A DNA stretch of 13,672 nucleotides from an uncultured Clostridium sp. (GTDB lineage: Bacteria; Bacillota; Clostridia; TANB77; CAG-508): assembly GCA_905213875.1 (NCBI GenBank), contig CAJMJN010000030.1, forward strand, positions 1-13,672, written 5' to 3'. The translations under genes were made by a program, and so were the position numbers. The notes under the pieces were generated by a model that saw only the letters and a program-made list of their open reading frames with translations, was not told the origin of the DNA and ran no database searches. This document shows positions 1 through 6,775 of the stretch, in pieces (within the stretch, counting starts at the first letter, position 1; each line of letters begins with the position of its first letter).

Positions 1-130
1 TAGCAACTCAATTATATACGATTTAAATCACTTATTCAATTTTATTTATTTTGTTTCACATCAATTGTAATACAACAGATTTTGTGTAACTTTTGTAATA
101 TCTATGTAATAAATATGTGTAGAAAAGTCA

Positions 131-167
131 AAAAATTACACATATTTTAAAAACATGTGTAATTTTT
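131..167. terminator. Bidirectional intrinsic-terminator-like hairpin just beyond the 3' end of the VanW-family gene
   Basis: AAAAATTACACAT (131-143) and ATGTGTAATTTTT (155-167) form a perfect 13-bp inverted repeat with an 11-nt loop. The A-run is 5' and the T-run 3', so both strands read as stem plus U-tract. It starts 12 nt past the stop of the minus-strand CDS ending at 179. Confidence 0.6.
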
Positions 168-178
168 ATTTTTTCTTT

Positions 179-1978
179 CTATTCAGTTGCTTGTTGTTGC
201 TCTTGAGTCTCTGTTGTATTTGTTGTTTGTGGCGTTGTAGTTGTTTCTGTTGAGGTTACTTCTGTTGTTTTATTATCTTCTGTATTAGTTGTCATTGCTG
301 GTCCTGTGCCTCTTCTAATTATTCTTGTCATTGCATTATATGTGTCTTTAGAAACTAATGTTGTAGAAATTACTTTTCCATTTAATAATTTTGTCATATA
401 TGTTTCAGTTTTTAATCCATTTGTTCCTTTTTGTTCAACTTTTTCTGTTCCTGTTGGTAATGTACTATCATCTATGTATTCTGTTGTAACTGGAATTGTT
501 GCAACTCTTTTTACATCAAATTTGAATGTATATTCTTTATCCTCTTTTATTCCATATATTGTTACTGTTGCAATTCCGTTTTTTGCTGTTGCAACTACTC
601 TTACTGGATATTGTCTTGTATTTTTAAATTTAAAATCTGTTAATCCATATACTACTGTTGCATCCATTCCTGGTTCTACATATGATGTTACAAATTGGTG
701 ATTTTTTCTTTCTACAATTTCTAAGTTTGCATTTAATACTGCATTATATAATGTTGAAGAAATTTGACATATTCCTCCGCCTATTCCATCAACTACTTTT
801 CCAGCCTCATATATTTTCGCATTTTTGTAACCAGCTCCTGCTGTTCTTGCCCCCACTACTTTATTGTATGAGAATGTATCTCCTGATAATACTACTGTTC
901 CATTTATTTTGCTACAAGCTAATTCAAGGTTTGTTGTTCTGTCTTTATCACTTACATCATATCTTGTTGAAAATGTTGCTAACTTATCTGGAAATGCTTC
1001 TGGTCCAATTTTATCTAATGTTACTTTTGGATTTGTAATTGTTAATTTTATTACATATTCATCTTTATCTTCTTGCAATATTTCTTTTGCTTTTTCTAAG
1101 TCAAAACTTATTCCTTTAACTTCAGGATATACCGCAAATGGATTTTTCGTGTAATATGCATCTTGTGGCTCTTTACATATTTCATCATGAATTTTTTCTA
1201 TATCTATTGCTTCTGGTTCTTTATTTACTACTGGTATTTCTAATGTTTGATCTCCATTTGAATCTATATTTTTTAATTCATATTTTATAATTTCTAAAAA
1301 AGCATTTTCATCTATTACAACTCCAACTTTTCCTTTAGATATTGTTAATTCATCATCATCTACTGAGTAACTAGATTCTATTACACCATCTGGTAAATTC
1401 ACATTTATATCATCTATTGTTTGTTTTGCTACATCTTCATTTATTGACATATCTACATCAATATTTCTTTTTCCTATTAATGTAAATAAAATATTGTAAT
1501 TATTTACAAATATATTATCACTTTTTCCTATATTGTCTGCTTCATCAACTGCTTTGTCTATATCATAATTTGTCTCAATTAATTCTGGGCTTATTGTTGA
1601 TTCATATTCATTATGTTTTATTTTTATTTCAGTTGTTTTTTTCTCATTATAAATTGCTTCTAATTTACTTTTAGCCTCTTCTTTAGAGATTCCAGACATG
1701 TCTATTTCTTCGATAAATACGCCTTTAGCTATTTTTTCATTATTAATATTTACTAATGCAAATATTGTAGATATAAATAGTCCTAAAATAATTATTATGC
1801 CTATTATTACTGACATAACAATATATTTTTTCTTACTACTTGTCTCTTTTTTGGTTTCTTTTGACATTTCTTTTATCTCTTCTTCTAATTTTTTTGGATT
1901 TTCTTCCAATTGTTCAAACTTTTTTTCTACTTTTTCTTTTTCCATCTCTTTCGTTTCTTCCTTTTTATTTTCTTTCAT
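179..1978 (-). CDS. Membrane-anchored VanW-family protein with a C-terminal G5-like module and a Thr/Gln-rich tail (YoaR-like architecture)
   Basis: ORF track gives 179-1987. The GTG at 1987 lies inside the SD-like AGGGGTG, so ATG at 1978 (6 nt downstream) is preferred. K/E-rich N-terminus and one TM helix (YIVMSVIIGIIIILGLFISTIFALV). VanW-like core (FSTRYD..., GGGICQISSTLYNA, ERKNHQF, GMDATVVYG). G5-like segment (TTEYIDDSTLPTGTEKVEQKGTNGLKTETY...RIIRRGT). Low-complexity T/Q/E tail. Confidence 0.8.
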   Translation of the reverse strand: MKENKKEETKEMEKEKVEKKFEQLEENPKKLEEEIKEMSKETKKETSSKKKYIVMSVIIGIIIILGLFISTIFALVNINNEKIAKGVFIEEIDMSGISKEEAKSKLEAIYNEKKTTEIKIKHNEYESTISPELIETNYDIDKAVDEADNIGKSDNIFVNNYNILFTLIGKRNIDVDMSINEDVAKQTIDDINVNLPDGVIESSYSVDDDELTISKGKVGVVIDENAFLEIIKYELKNIDSNGDQTLEIPVVNKEPEAIDIEKIHDEICKEPQDAYYTKNPFAVYPEVKGISFDLEKAKEILQEDKDEYVIKLTITNPKVTLDKIGPEAFPDKLATFSTRYDVSDKDRTTNLELACSKINGTVVLSGDTFSYNKVVGARTAGAGYKNAKIYEAGKVVDGIGGGICQISSTLYNAVLNANLEIVERKNHQFVTSYVEPGMDATVVYGLTDFKFKNTRQYPVRVVATAKNGIATVTIYGIKEDKEYTFKFDVKRVATIPVTTEYIDDSTLPTGTEKVEQKGTNGLKTETYMTKLLNGKVISTTLVSKDTYNAMTRIIRRGTGPAMTTNTEDNKTTEVTSTETTTTPQTTNTTETQEQQQATE

Positions 1979-2084
1979 TGTAATCACCCCTACGATATTA
2001 CAATTTTATAATAGCATAAACTTAAATTTTTTACAATATTTTAAAATTTTTATTGTTTTTTTATCACTTTTTTTGAAAAAATAC

Positions 2085-2113
2085 TTGAACAATGTGTAAA
2101 TTAATATTATAAT
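2085..2113 (+). promoter_or_regulatory. Sigma-A-type promoter for the CBM-like gene
   Basis: TTGAAC (2085-2090), 17-nt spacer, TATAAT (2108-2113). SD AAGGAGA follows at 2134-2140 and ATG at 2149. Confidence 0.5.
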
Positions 2114-2148
2114 ATTACTAGCAAAAGATAAATAAGGAGAGAATTTAA

Positions 2149-2619
2149 ATGGAGTTAACAAAAAATATATTCTTCAACACAGATAAATTAGTAGAAAATA
2201 GTAAAGTAAAAATATCATATTTAGGTCAATTATATCAAGATGCTTCTGAAGAAGTATCTATTCATTATGGTTTTGGACAAAATTGGGATAATGTAACTGA
2301 TGTAAAAATGGAAAAAACTGATTTAGGATTTCAAGCTGAAATACAATTATTAGAAGGAGATACTTTTAACTTCTGTTTTAAAAATAGTAATGAAATTTGG
2401 GATAACAATAATGGTCAAAATTATATATTCCCATTAGAAAAAGTTCAAAACGAATTAATTGTTTTAGAAGATGAACCTGTTTCTTTAGGTTCTGCAAAGA
2501 AATTAAGACGTTCTTATTTATGGAGCAAAAAGGTTCGTTTAGCTGTTTATAAAATAATTTCTTACTTACCAAAATTAATTTCTGGAAATTATAAAAGAAA
2601 ATTAAATGATGCCAATTAA
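2149..2619 (+). CDS. Small cytoplasmic carbohydrate-binding-module-like protein (CBM25/CBM53 starch/glycogen-binding type) with a basic amphipathic C-terminal tail
   Basis: Good SD and ATG. The pattern KISY...IHYGFGQNWDNV...F..E...GD.FNFCFKN.NEIWDNNNGQNY resembles starch-binding CBMs (aromatic W/Y and WDNNxGxNY). No signal peptide and no catalytic domain. C-terminus KKLRRSYLWSKKVRLAVYKIISYLPKLISGNYKRK. Confidence 0.45.
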   Translation: MELTKNIFFNTDKLVENSKVKISYLGQLYQDASEEVSIHYGFGQNWDNVTDVKMEKTDLGFQAEIQLLEGDTFNFCFKNSNEIWDNNNGQNYIFPLEKVQNELIVLEDEPVSLGSAKKLRRSYLWSKKVRLAVYKIISYLPKLISGNYKRKLNDAN

Positions 2620-2641
2620 TAATTTATTATATAATATAAAT

Positions 2642-2680
2642 AAAAAACTAATAATATTTAAAACATATTATTAGTTTTTT
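2642..2680. terminator. Bidirectional intrinsic terminator between the convergent CBM-like and SDR genes
   Basis: AAAAAACTAATAATAT (2642-2657) and ATATTATTAGTTTTTT (2665-2680) form a perfect 16-bp inverted repeat with a 7-nt loop. A-run 5' and T-run 3' on both strands. Confidence 0.7.
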
Positions 2681-2693
2681 ATTTTGCTTAAAT

Positions 2694-3434
2694 TTAAGTA
2701 ATTACCCATCCACCATTTATTGAAATAACTTGGCCTGTTGTATAATTGTCATCTATTAACCATTTTACACATTTAGCAATATCTTGTGGATTACCTAATC
2801 TTTCTAGTGGTATTTCTTCTTTTATTTCTTCGATTTCTTTTTCTGTAAATTTACTATTCATTTTTGTATTTATCATTCCTGGTGCAATTGAGTTCACTCT
2901 AATATTAGATGGTCCTAGTTCTTTTGCTAATGCTTTTGTCATTCCATCTAGTCCTGCTTTTGATATAGAGTACAAAACTTCTAATGATCCACCAACTATT
3001 CCCCATATTGATGAAATATTTATTATACATCCTTTTTTATTATGTACCATATTTGGTATTACTTCTTGTGACATTGCAAATGCAGAATATAAATTAGTAT
3101 TTATTAGTTTATCCCAGTCTTCATCTGTTTCATCTGTAAATAATTTGTATTCAGAGATTCCTGCATTATTTATTAATATATCTATTTTTCCATACTTTTC
3201 TATTGTATATTCTACTAATTTTTTTACATCTTCTCTTTTTGACACATCAGCTTTAACTATTTCTAATTTAAAATTTTGTTCTTCTAATTCTTGTTGTAAT
3301 TTTTTGGCTTCTTCCTCTGATTTATTGTAATTTGCAATTACAGTTATTCCAGATTCTGCAAGTTCTTTTGCTACTTCTCTTCCTATTCCTCTTGATGCTC
3401 CTGTTACTATTGCTATTTTTTGTTTATCTTGCAT
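2694..3434 (-). CDS. Classical short-chain dehydrogenase/reductase, FabG-like (3-oxoacyl-ACP reductase family)
   Basis: 246 aa. Rossmann TGxxxGIG (TGASRGIG), NNAG motif, catalytic Ser...YxxxK (SSIWG..., YSISKAG), C-terminal GQVISINGGW. Not in a fab cluster, so the substrate is unassigned. Confidence 0.85.
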   Translation of the reverse strand: MQDKQKIAIVTGASRGIGREVAKELAESGITVIANYNKSEEEAKKLQQELEEQNFKLEIVKADVSKREDVKKLVEYTIEKYGKIDILINNAGISEYKLFTDETDEDWDKLINTNLYSAFAMSQEVIPNMVHNKKGCIINISSIWGIVGGSLEVLYSISKAGLDGMTKALAKELGPSNIRVNSIAPGMINTKMNSKFTEKEIEEIKEEIPLERLGNPQDIAKCVKWLIDDNYTTGQVISINGGWVIT

Positions 3435-3552
3435 ATTTTTTGTATAATATATTTTTTATATATTATATCTCCTTCCTTTTTTATTAATATTTTTTCATTT
3501 AAATAATAGCATATTTTGTTAAATTATTCAATGTGATAAATATTTATGCAAT

Positions 3553-3574
3553 AAAAAAAAGCCCGTAATCAAGC
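3553..3574 (-). terminator. Weak intrinsic terminator candidate after tRNA-Thr
   Basis: Minus strand reads GCTTG-ATTA-CGGGC followed by T8. The 5-bp stem includes two G-U pairs, so it is marginal. Confidence 0.3.
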
Positions 3575-3597
3575 ATAGTGCAAAACTACTGACCTTG

Positions 3598-3674
3598 TGG
3601 AGCCACTTCTCAGATTCGAACTGAGGACCCCCGCATTACAAGTGCGGTGCTCTGGCCAACTGAGCTAAAGTGGC
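3598..3674 (-). tRNA. tRNA-Thr (anticodon UGU), CCA encoded
   Basis: Reverse complement is GCCACTTTAGCTCAGTTGGCCAGAGCACCGCACTTGTAATGCGGGGGTCCTCAGTTCGAATCTGAGAAGTGGCTCCA. It folds by hand into a cloverleaf with anticodon loop CTTGTAA and T-loop TTCGAAT. Confidence 0.95.
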
Positions 3675-3700
3675 CTATTCATTTAATAATAAATAAATTG

Positions 3701-3775
3701 TGGTGACCCCTACGGGAATCGAACCCATGTCTCCGCCGTGAAAGGGCGATGTCTTAACCGCTTGACCAAGGGGCC
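3701..3775 (-). tRNA. tRNA-Glu (anticodon UUC), CCA encoded
   Basis: Reverse complement is GGCCCCTTGGTCAAGCGGTTAAGACATCGCCCTTTCACGGCGGAGACATGGGTTCGATTCCCGTAGGGGTCACCA. Anticodon loop CTTTCAC, T-loop TTCGATT. Confidence 0.95.
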
Positions 3776-3785
3776 TTATAATATA

Positions 3786-3819
3786 AGAAACTAAATAATG
3801 ATTGGATTATTTAGTTTCT
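3786..3819. repeat. Perfect 14-bp stem / 6-nt loop hairpin filling the tRNA-Lys to tRNA-Glu spacer
   Basis: AGAAACTAAATAAT (3786-3799) and ATTATTTAGTTTCT (3806-3819) are exact reverse complements. The spacer between the two tRNAs is only 48 nt (3776-3823). Confidence 0.8.
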
Positions 3820-3823
3820 GCTT

Positions 3824-3899
3824 TGGTGAGCCATCCGCGACTCGAACGCGGGACAACTTGATTAAAAGTCAAGTGCTCTACCACCTGAGCTAATGGCCC
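3824..3899 (-). tRNA. tRNA-Lys (anticodon UUU), CCA encoded
   Basis: Reverse complement is GGGCCATTAGCTCAGGTGGTAGAGCACTTGACTTTTAATCAAGTTGTCCCGCGTTCGAGTCGCGGATGGCTCACCA. Anticodon loop CTTTTAA, T-loop TTCGAGT, 76 nt. Confidence 0.95.
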
Positions 3900-3939
3900 A
3901 AATTTTTGTATCACCACAATGCTTCTATATATTACAATA

Positions 3940-3973
3940 TTTTTTCACAAATGTCAATACATTTGTGAAAAAA
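3940..3973. repeat. 14-bp perfect palindrome between the DUF1858 gene and the tRNA operon (operator-like or RNA hairpin, not canonical terminator polarity)
   Basis: TTTTTTCACAAATG (3940-3953), loop TCAATA, CATTTGTGAAAAAA (3960-3973). The T-run is 5' and the A-run 3' on both strands, the reverse of an intrinsic terminator. Confidence 0.6.
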
Positions 3974-4001
3974 ATTTGTAATTTTTTATACTTTTTTATA
4001 A

Positions 4002-4193
4002 TTAGTCTTCTTTATTTAGCATTTCTAATACTTCTTCAACGTCTATTCCATGCACTGCACAAGCTTCTTCCAATGTTTCCATTTGAGATGCTGGGCATCC
4101 TAAACAATGCATTCCAACTTCTAATAATATATCAGCTTTTTCTGGTGCTTTTTCTAATAATTCACCAATTTGAGTATTTTTATCAAATTTCAT
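4002..4193 (-). CDS. DUF1858-type small redox-disulfide domain protein (hybrid-cluster-protein-associated family)
   Basis: 63 aa. GGAGG lies 6 nt upstream of the ATG. The sequence IGELLEKAPEKADILLEVGMHCLGCPASQMETLEEACAVHGIDVEEVL, with the CxGCP motif, matches my recollection of this family. Confidence 0.7.
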   Translation of the reverse strand: MKFDKNTQIGELLEKAPEKADILLEVGMHCLGCPASQMETLEEACAVHGIDVEEVLEMLNKED

Positions 4194-4339
4194 AGTTTTC
4201 CTCCATTCTATTTTAATAATTAAGATTTATATTTTTAATAAATATTTCACCTATTAAAATTTTATTTGTTAAAGTCCTTTGTATTACTGACTTTTCTCAT
4301 TTGTCGAAATATATTTTAACATATTTTTTTAAAAAAGTA

Positions 4340-4368
4340 TAGACAAATTCCAAAAAATATTGTATTAT
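4340..4368 (+). promoter_or_regulatory. Candidate promoter for the T4SS-like operon
   Basis: TAGACA (4340-4345), 17-nt spacer ending in TG, TATTAT (4363-4368). This would give a leader of about 185 nt before the SD at 4545-4552. Sequence match only. Confidence 0.3.
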
Positions 4369-4560
4369 GTTTCAAAATCGTAAGGCGGTGATATTATTTC
4401 TAAATTAATCGATTTTTATTTTATCACATTTATTATTTATCTTTTTATTACTTTATATTCAATTTATTATTTTTTTGATATCTTTTTATTTCATAACAAA
4501 CAAGGTTCAAAATTACAAATAAAAAAGAAATTTTTTTAAATTTTAAAGGAGGTATATTTT

Positions 4561-6318
4561 ATTTTTTTACCTAATCGTAAAAGTCTGTTTTTTTCCATTT
4601 TATTTACCATTATTTTTAGCATCATTATTTTTAAAGTTTTTTATCCCATTTATGTTGCTGACGAAATTATTATTCCCTACGGAATTCATCCATTTGATAT
4701 TTGTTCTAAAAACTCCAATTTATGGAATAACATTAAAATTATTTATATTTTTATATCAGTGTTTTCAAATTTTATAATCAGTAATTTTATTTATAATCGA
4801 TTTTTTATTAATCTTTTATCCATTTTTAATAAGTTTACACATAAAAAATCTAATTTTAAAAAAAATTCTAATCTATATTTCAAAAATAATATTCACTCTA
4901 AAAAATCAATTAAAACATCTGGCCATTTGCAATTAAAAATTGGTCAAGTTGAAGGTTCAAAAGAAACTATATATATTCCTGAAAGTGGTTTATATCAAAA
5001 TTTTTTAATCACAGGTACTATAGGTTCTGGAAAAACTTCTAGTGCAATGTATCCTTTTACTCGCCAATTATTGGAATTTAATTGTTCTAATTCAAACAAA
5101 AAAATAGGTATGCTTATTTTAGATGTTAAAGGCAATTACTATAATCAAGTAAAAGAATATGCACAAAAATTTAATTTGGATAAAGATTTAATTGTTTTAG
5201 AATTAGGTTCAAGTGTATTTTACAATCCATTGCATAAGCCTCATTTAAAAGCTACTGTACTAGCTAATAGGTTAAAAACTATATTACTTCTCTTTTCTGA
5301 AAATAATTCAGAATCTTATTGGTTAGATAAGGCTGAGGAAGCTTTATGTGCAGCTATAAAATTGTGTAGACTTTATAATAAAGGATATGTTACATTTGCT
5401 GAAATTCACAAACTTATTACAGAGCCTTCGTATTATAAGGAAAAAATTAAAATTTTGAAAGATTTGTTTATTTTAAGTAAATTTAATCAAAAACAAATTT
5501 ATGAATTAAATGCTAGTTTGAATTTTTTTGAAAATGATTTTAATAATTTGGATTCTAGAACTAAAGGAATTTTAATCTCTGAAATAACTAGAATTACTAG
5601 TACTTTTGTGTCTGACTATGATGTTAAAAATACTTTTTGTTCTGAAAAAAGCAAATTGACTTTTACTGGATTTGATGAAGTTTTATCTAAGGGAAAAATT
5701 GTTGTTTTAAATATGAATATTTTTGAATACTCACTACTTTCTAAAATCATTGCAACATATCTAAAATTAGATTTTCAAACAGAAGTTATGACTCGTCTTT
5801 CTAAAAAAATAAATAATACATCTGCTTTTATTTGTGATGAATATGACAAGTTTGCAACAAAAACAGATAGTGAATTTTTTTCTTTAAGCAGAGAAGCTAA
5901 ATGTATTAATATTGTTAGTACTCAAAGTTATTCGTCTTTAAAAAGTACATTAAAAGATGATGCTACTGTTAAAGTTATTGTTCAAAATCTTATTAATAAA
6001 ATTTGGTTTAGAACAGATGATATTTTCACTATTGAGGAAGCTCAAAAACAACTTGGTAAAGAAGATAAAGAAAAAACTTCTAAAAGTATTTCTGAAAGTG
6101 CTAAAGAAACAAATTTTAATTATATAACAAATACTTTAAATTCTAGAAATTCAAACATTTCTGAAACTTATAGCACTTATTTGCACAATGATTTTATTTA
6201 TGATTCCAACTTTTTTACAAGGGAGCTTCAAACATTCACTGCCCTTACGTTTTTATCTGATGGTAATAAAATTTTAATACCACAGAAATTAAATATGTTT
6301 CCATATTTTAAAGAATAA
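4561..6318 (+). CDS. Type IV secretion coupling protein-like ATPase (VirD4/TraG/TraD family) with two predicted N-terminal TM helices; start codon uncertain (ATT 4561 after a strong SD, first canonical start GTG 4759)
   Basis: Walker A FLITGTIGSGKTSS; LILDVKGNYY and FYNPL motifs; Walker B-like AFICDEYDKF; IVSTQSYSSLKS; KIWFRTDD. The reading frame is stop-free from 4540. AAAGGAGG sits at 4545-4552 and ATT at 4561, 8 nt later. The upstream 66 codons encode hydrophobic helices (SLFFSILFTIIFSIIIFKVF; IIYIFISVFSNFIISNFIY), as expected for a T4CP membrane anchor. Confidence 0.65.
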   Translation: MFLPNRKSLFFSILFTIIFSIIIFKVFYPIYVADEIIIPYGIHPFDICSKNSNLWNNIKIIYIFISVFSNFIISNFIYNRFFINLLSIFNKFTHKKSNFKKNSNLYFKNNIHSKKSIKTSGHLQLKIGQVEGSKETIYIPESGLYQNFLITGTIGSGKTSSAMYPFTRQLLEFNCSNSNKKIGMLILDVKGNYYNQVKEYAQKFNLDKDLIVLELGSSVFYNPLHKPHLKATVLANRLKTILLLFSENNSESYWLDKAEEALCAAIKLCRLYNKGYVTFAEIHKLITEPSYYKEKIKILKDLFILSKFNQKQIYELNASLNFFENDFNNLDSRTKGILISEITRITSTFVSDYDVKNTFCSEKSKLTFTGFDEVLSKGKIVVLNMNIFEYSLLSKIIATYLKLDFQTEVMTRLSKKINNTSAFICDEYDKFATKTDSEFFSLSREAKCINIVSTQSYSSLKSTLKDDATVKVIVQNLINKIWFRTDDIFTIEEAQKQLGKEDKEKTSKSISESAKETNFNYITNTLNSRNSNISETYSTYLHNDFIYDSNFFTRELQTFTALTFLSDGNKILIPQKLNMFPYFKE

Positions 6319-6327
6319 CTGGTTTAT

Positions 6328-6347
6328 GGGTTTTAGCCTTAAAACCC
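6328..6347 (+). other. Short GC-containing hairpin just after the coupling-protein stop (partial terminator or processing site)
   Basis: GGGTTTTA-gcct-TAAAACCC, 8-bp perfect stem. It is followed by AAATAAATTTT rather than a clean T-run. Confidence 0.4.
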
Positions 6348-6365
6348 AAATAAATTTTAAGGTTT

Positions 6366-6394
6366 TTAGGATATTATAACTTTTACGCTATAAT
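6366..6394 (+). promoter_or_regulatory. Candidate internal promoter ahead of the VirB2-like gene
   Basis: TTAGGA (6366-6371), 17-nt spacer, TATAAT (6389-6394). Confidence 0.4.
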
Positions 6395-6426
6395 CTCTTT
6401 AAATAGATGAAAGGAATGGTTTTTAT

Positions 6427-6765
6427 ATGAATTTCAAAAAAAAATTTTTTTATTTAATTTTTACTACTATTTTCTCATTACTATTATTATTTTCTTTTTC
6501 AGTTTTAAGCTATGGTTGGGGAGATCCTGAAATTGTAACTAAAATTAATTCTGCTTTTGAAAGTATAGAAAATTGGCTTATAAAAATCTCAACTCCTGCT
6601 GCAGCAGTTGCTGTTGGTAGTGGTGTTTTTATGAGAAAATTTAGTTTTGGTGATGAAGAAAAAATACGAATGGGCAAGAAAATTATTAAAGGGTCTTTAT
6701 TTTCTTATGCTTTTATACTTGCTATTAATTTAATATTATCTGCTATAAAATCTTTAATTACATAA
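6427..6765 (+). CDS. TrbC/VirB2-like small membrane protein (signal peptide plus two-helix hairpin)
   Basis: 112 aa. N-terminal signal-like segment MNFKKKFFYLIFTTIFSLLLLFSFSVLSYG. Then a helix ISTPAAAVAVGSGVFM, a short basic loop, and a helix GSLFSYAFILAINLILSAI. This is the topology of T4SS pilin-like subunits. Call made from architecture and context only. Confidence 0.45.
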   Translation: MNFKKKFFYLIFTTIFSLLLLFSFSVLSYGWGDPEIVTKINSAFESIENWLIKISTPAAAVAVGSGVFMRKFSFGDEEKIRMGKKIIKGSLFSYAFILAINLILSAIKSLIT

Positions 6766-6775
6766 GGAGGAAATT

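Noticed and set aside
306-2099. Plus-strand ORFs 306-701, 658-1038, 864-1154 and 1698-2099, overlapping the VanW-family gene
   Set aside because: They are antisense to a CDS with clear domain motifs. Their translations are low-complexity F/L/I/S/V strings typical of the reverse frame of A-rich coding sequence. None has an SD.
2378-2572. Minus-strand 64-aa ORF inside the CBM-like gene
   Set aside because: It is fully nested antisense to a gene with promoter, SD and terminator, and has no SD or recognisable motif.
2746-3330. Plus-strand 194-aa ORF overlapping the SDR gene
   Set aside because: It is antisense to an SDR with all canonical motifs, and its translation is low-complexity S/F/I-rich.
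3462-3476. SD-like GGAAGGAGAT (minus strand) upstream of the SDR gene
   Set aside because: It lies 32 nt from the ATG at 3434, too far to act as its RBS, and an in-frame TAA intervenes. It overlaps a TATAAT (3467-3462) and is more simply part of the promoter region. The SDR N-terminus (MQDKQKIAIVTGASRGIG) is already full length.
3893-4195. Plus-strand 100-aa ORF spanning the tRNA-Lys 5' end and the DUF1858 gene
   Set aside because: It overlaps a tRNA and is antisense to a well-supported small CDS. The peptide is hydrophobic and low-complexity, and there is no SD.
4367-4408. 13-codon mini-ORF (MFQNRKAVILFLN) as a leader peptide for the T4SS-like operon
   Set aside because: It has no SD, and its ATG overlaps the candidate -10 box. 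It is kept only as a possible trace of a rearranged 5' end (see the start-codon finding), not annotated as a gene.
4675-4686. CCCTACGGAATT resembles the tRNA-Glu segment CCCTACGGGAAT (3708-3719): a possible att-site remnant
   Set aside because: It is only about 11 nt with an indel, it lies inside the stop-free coding extension of the coupling-protein gene, and it is in the wrong orientation and position for a tRNA 3'-end duplication. It is consistent with chance.
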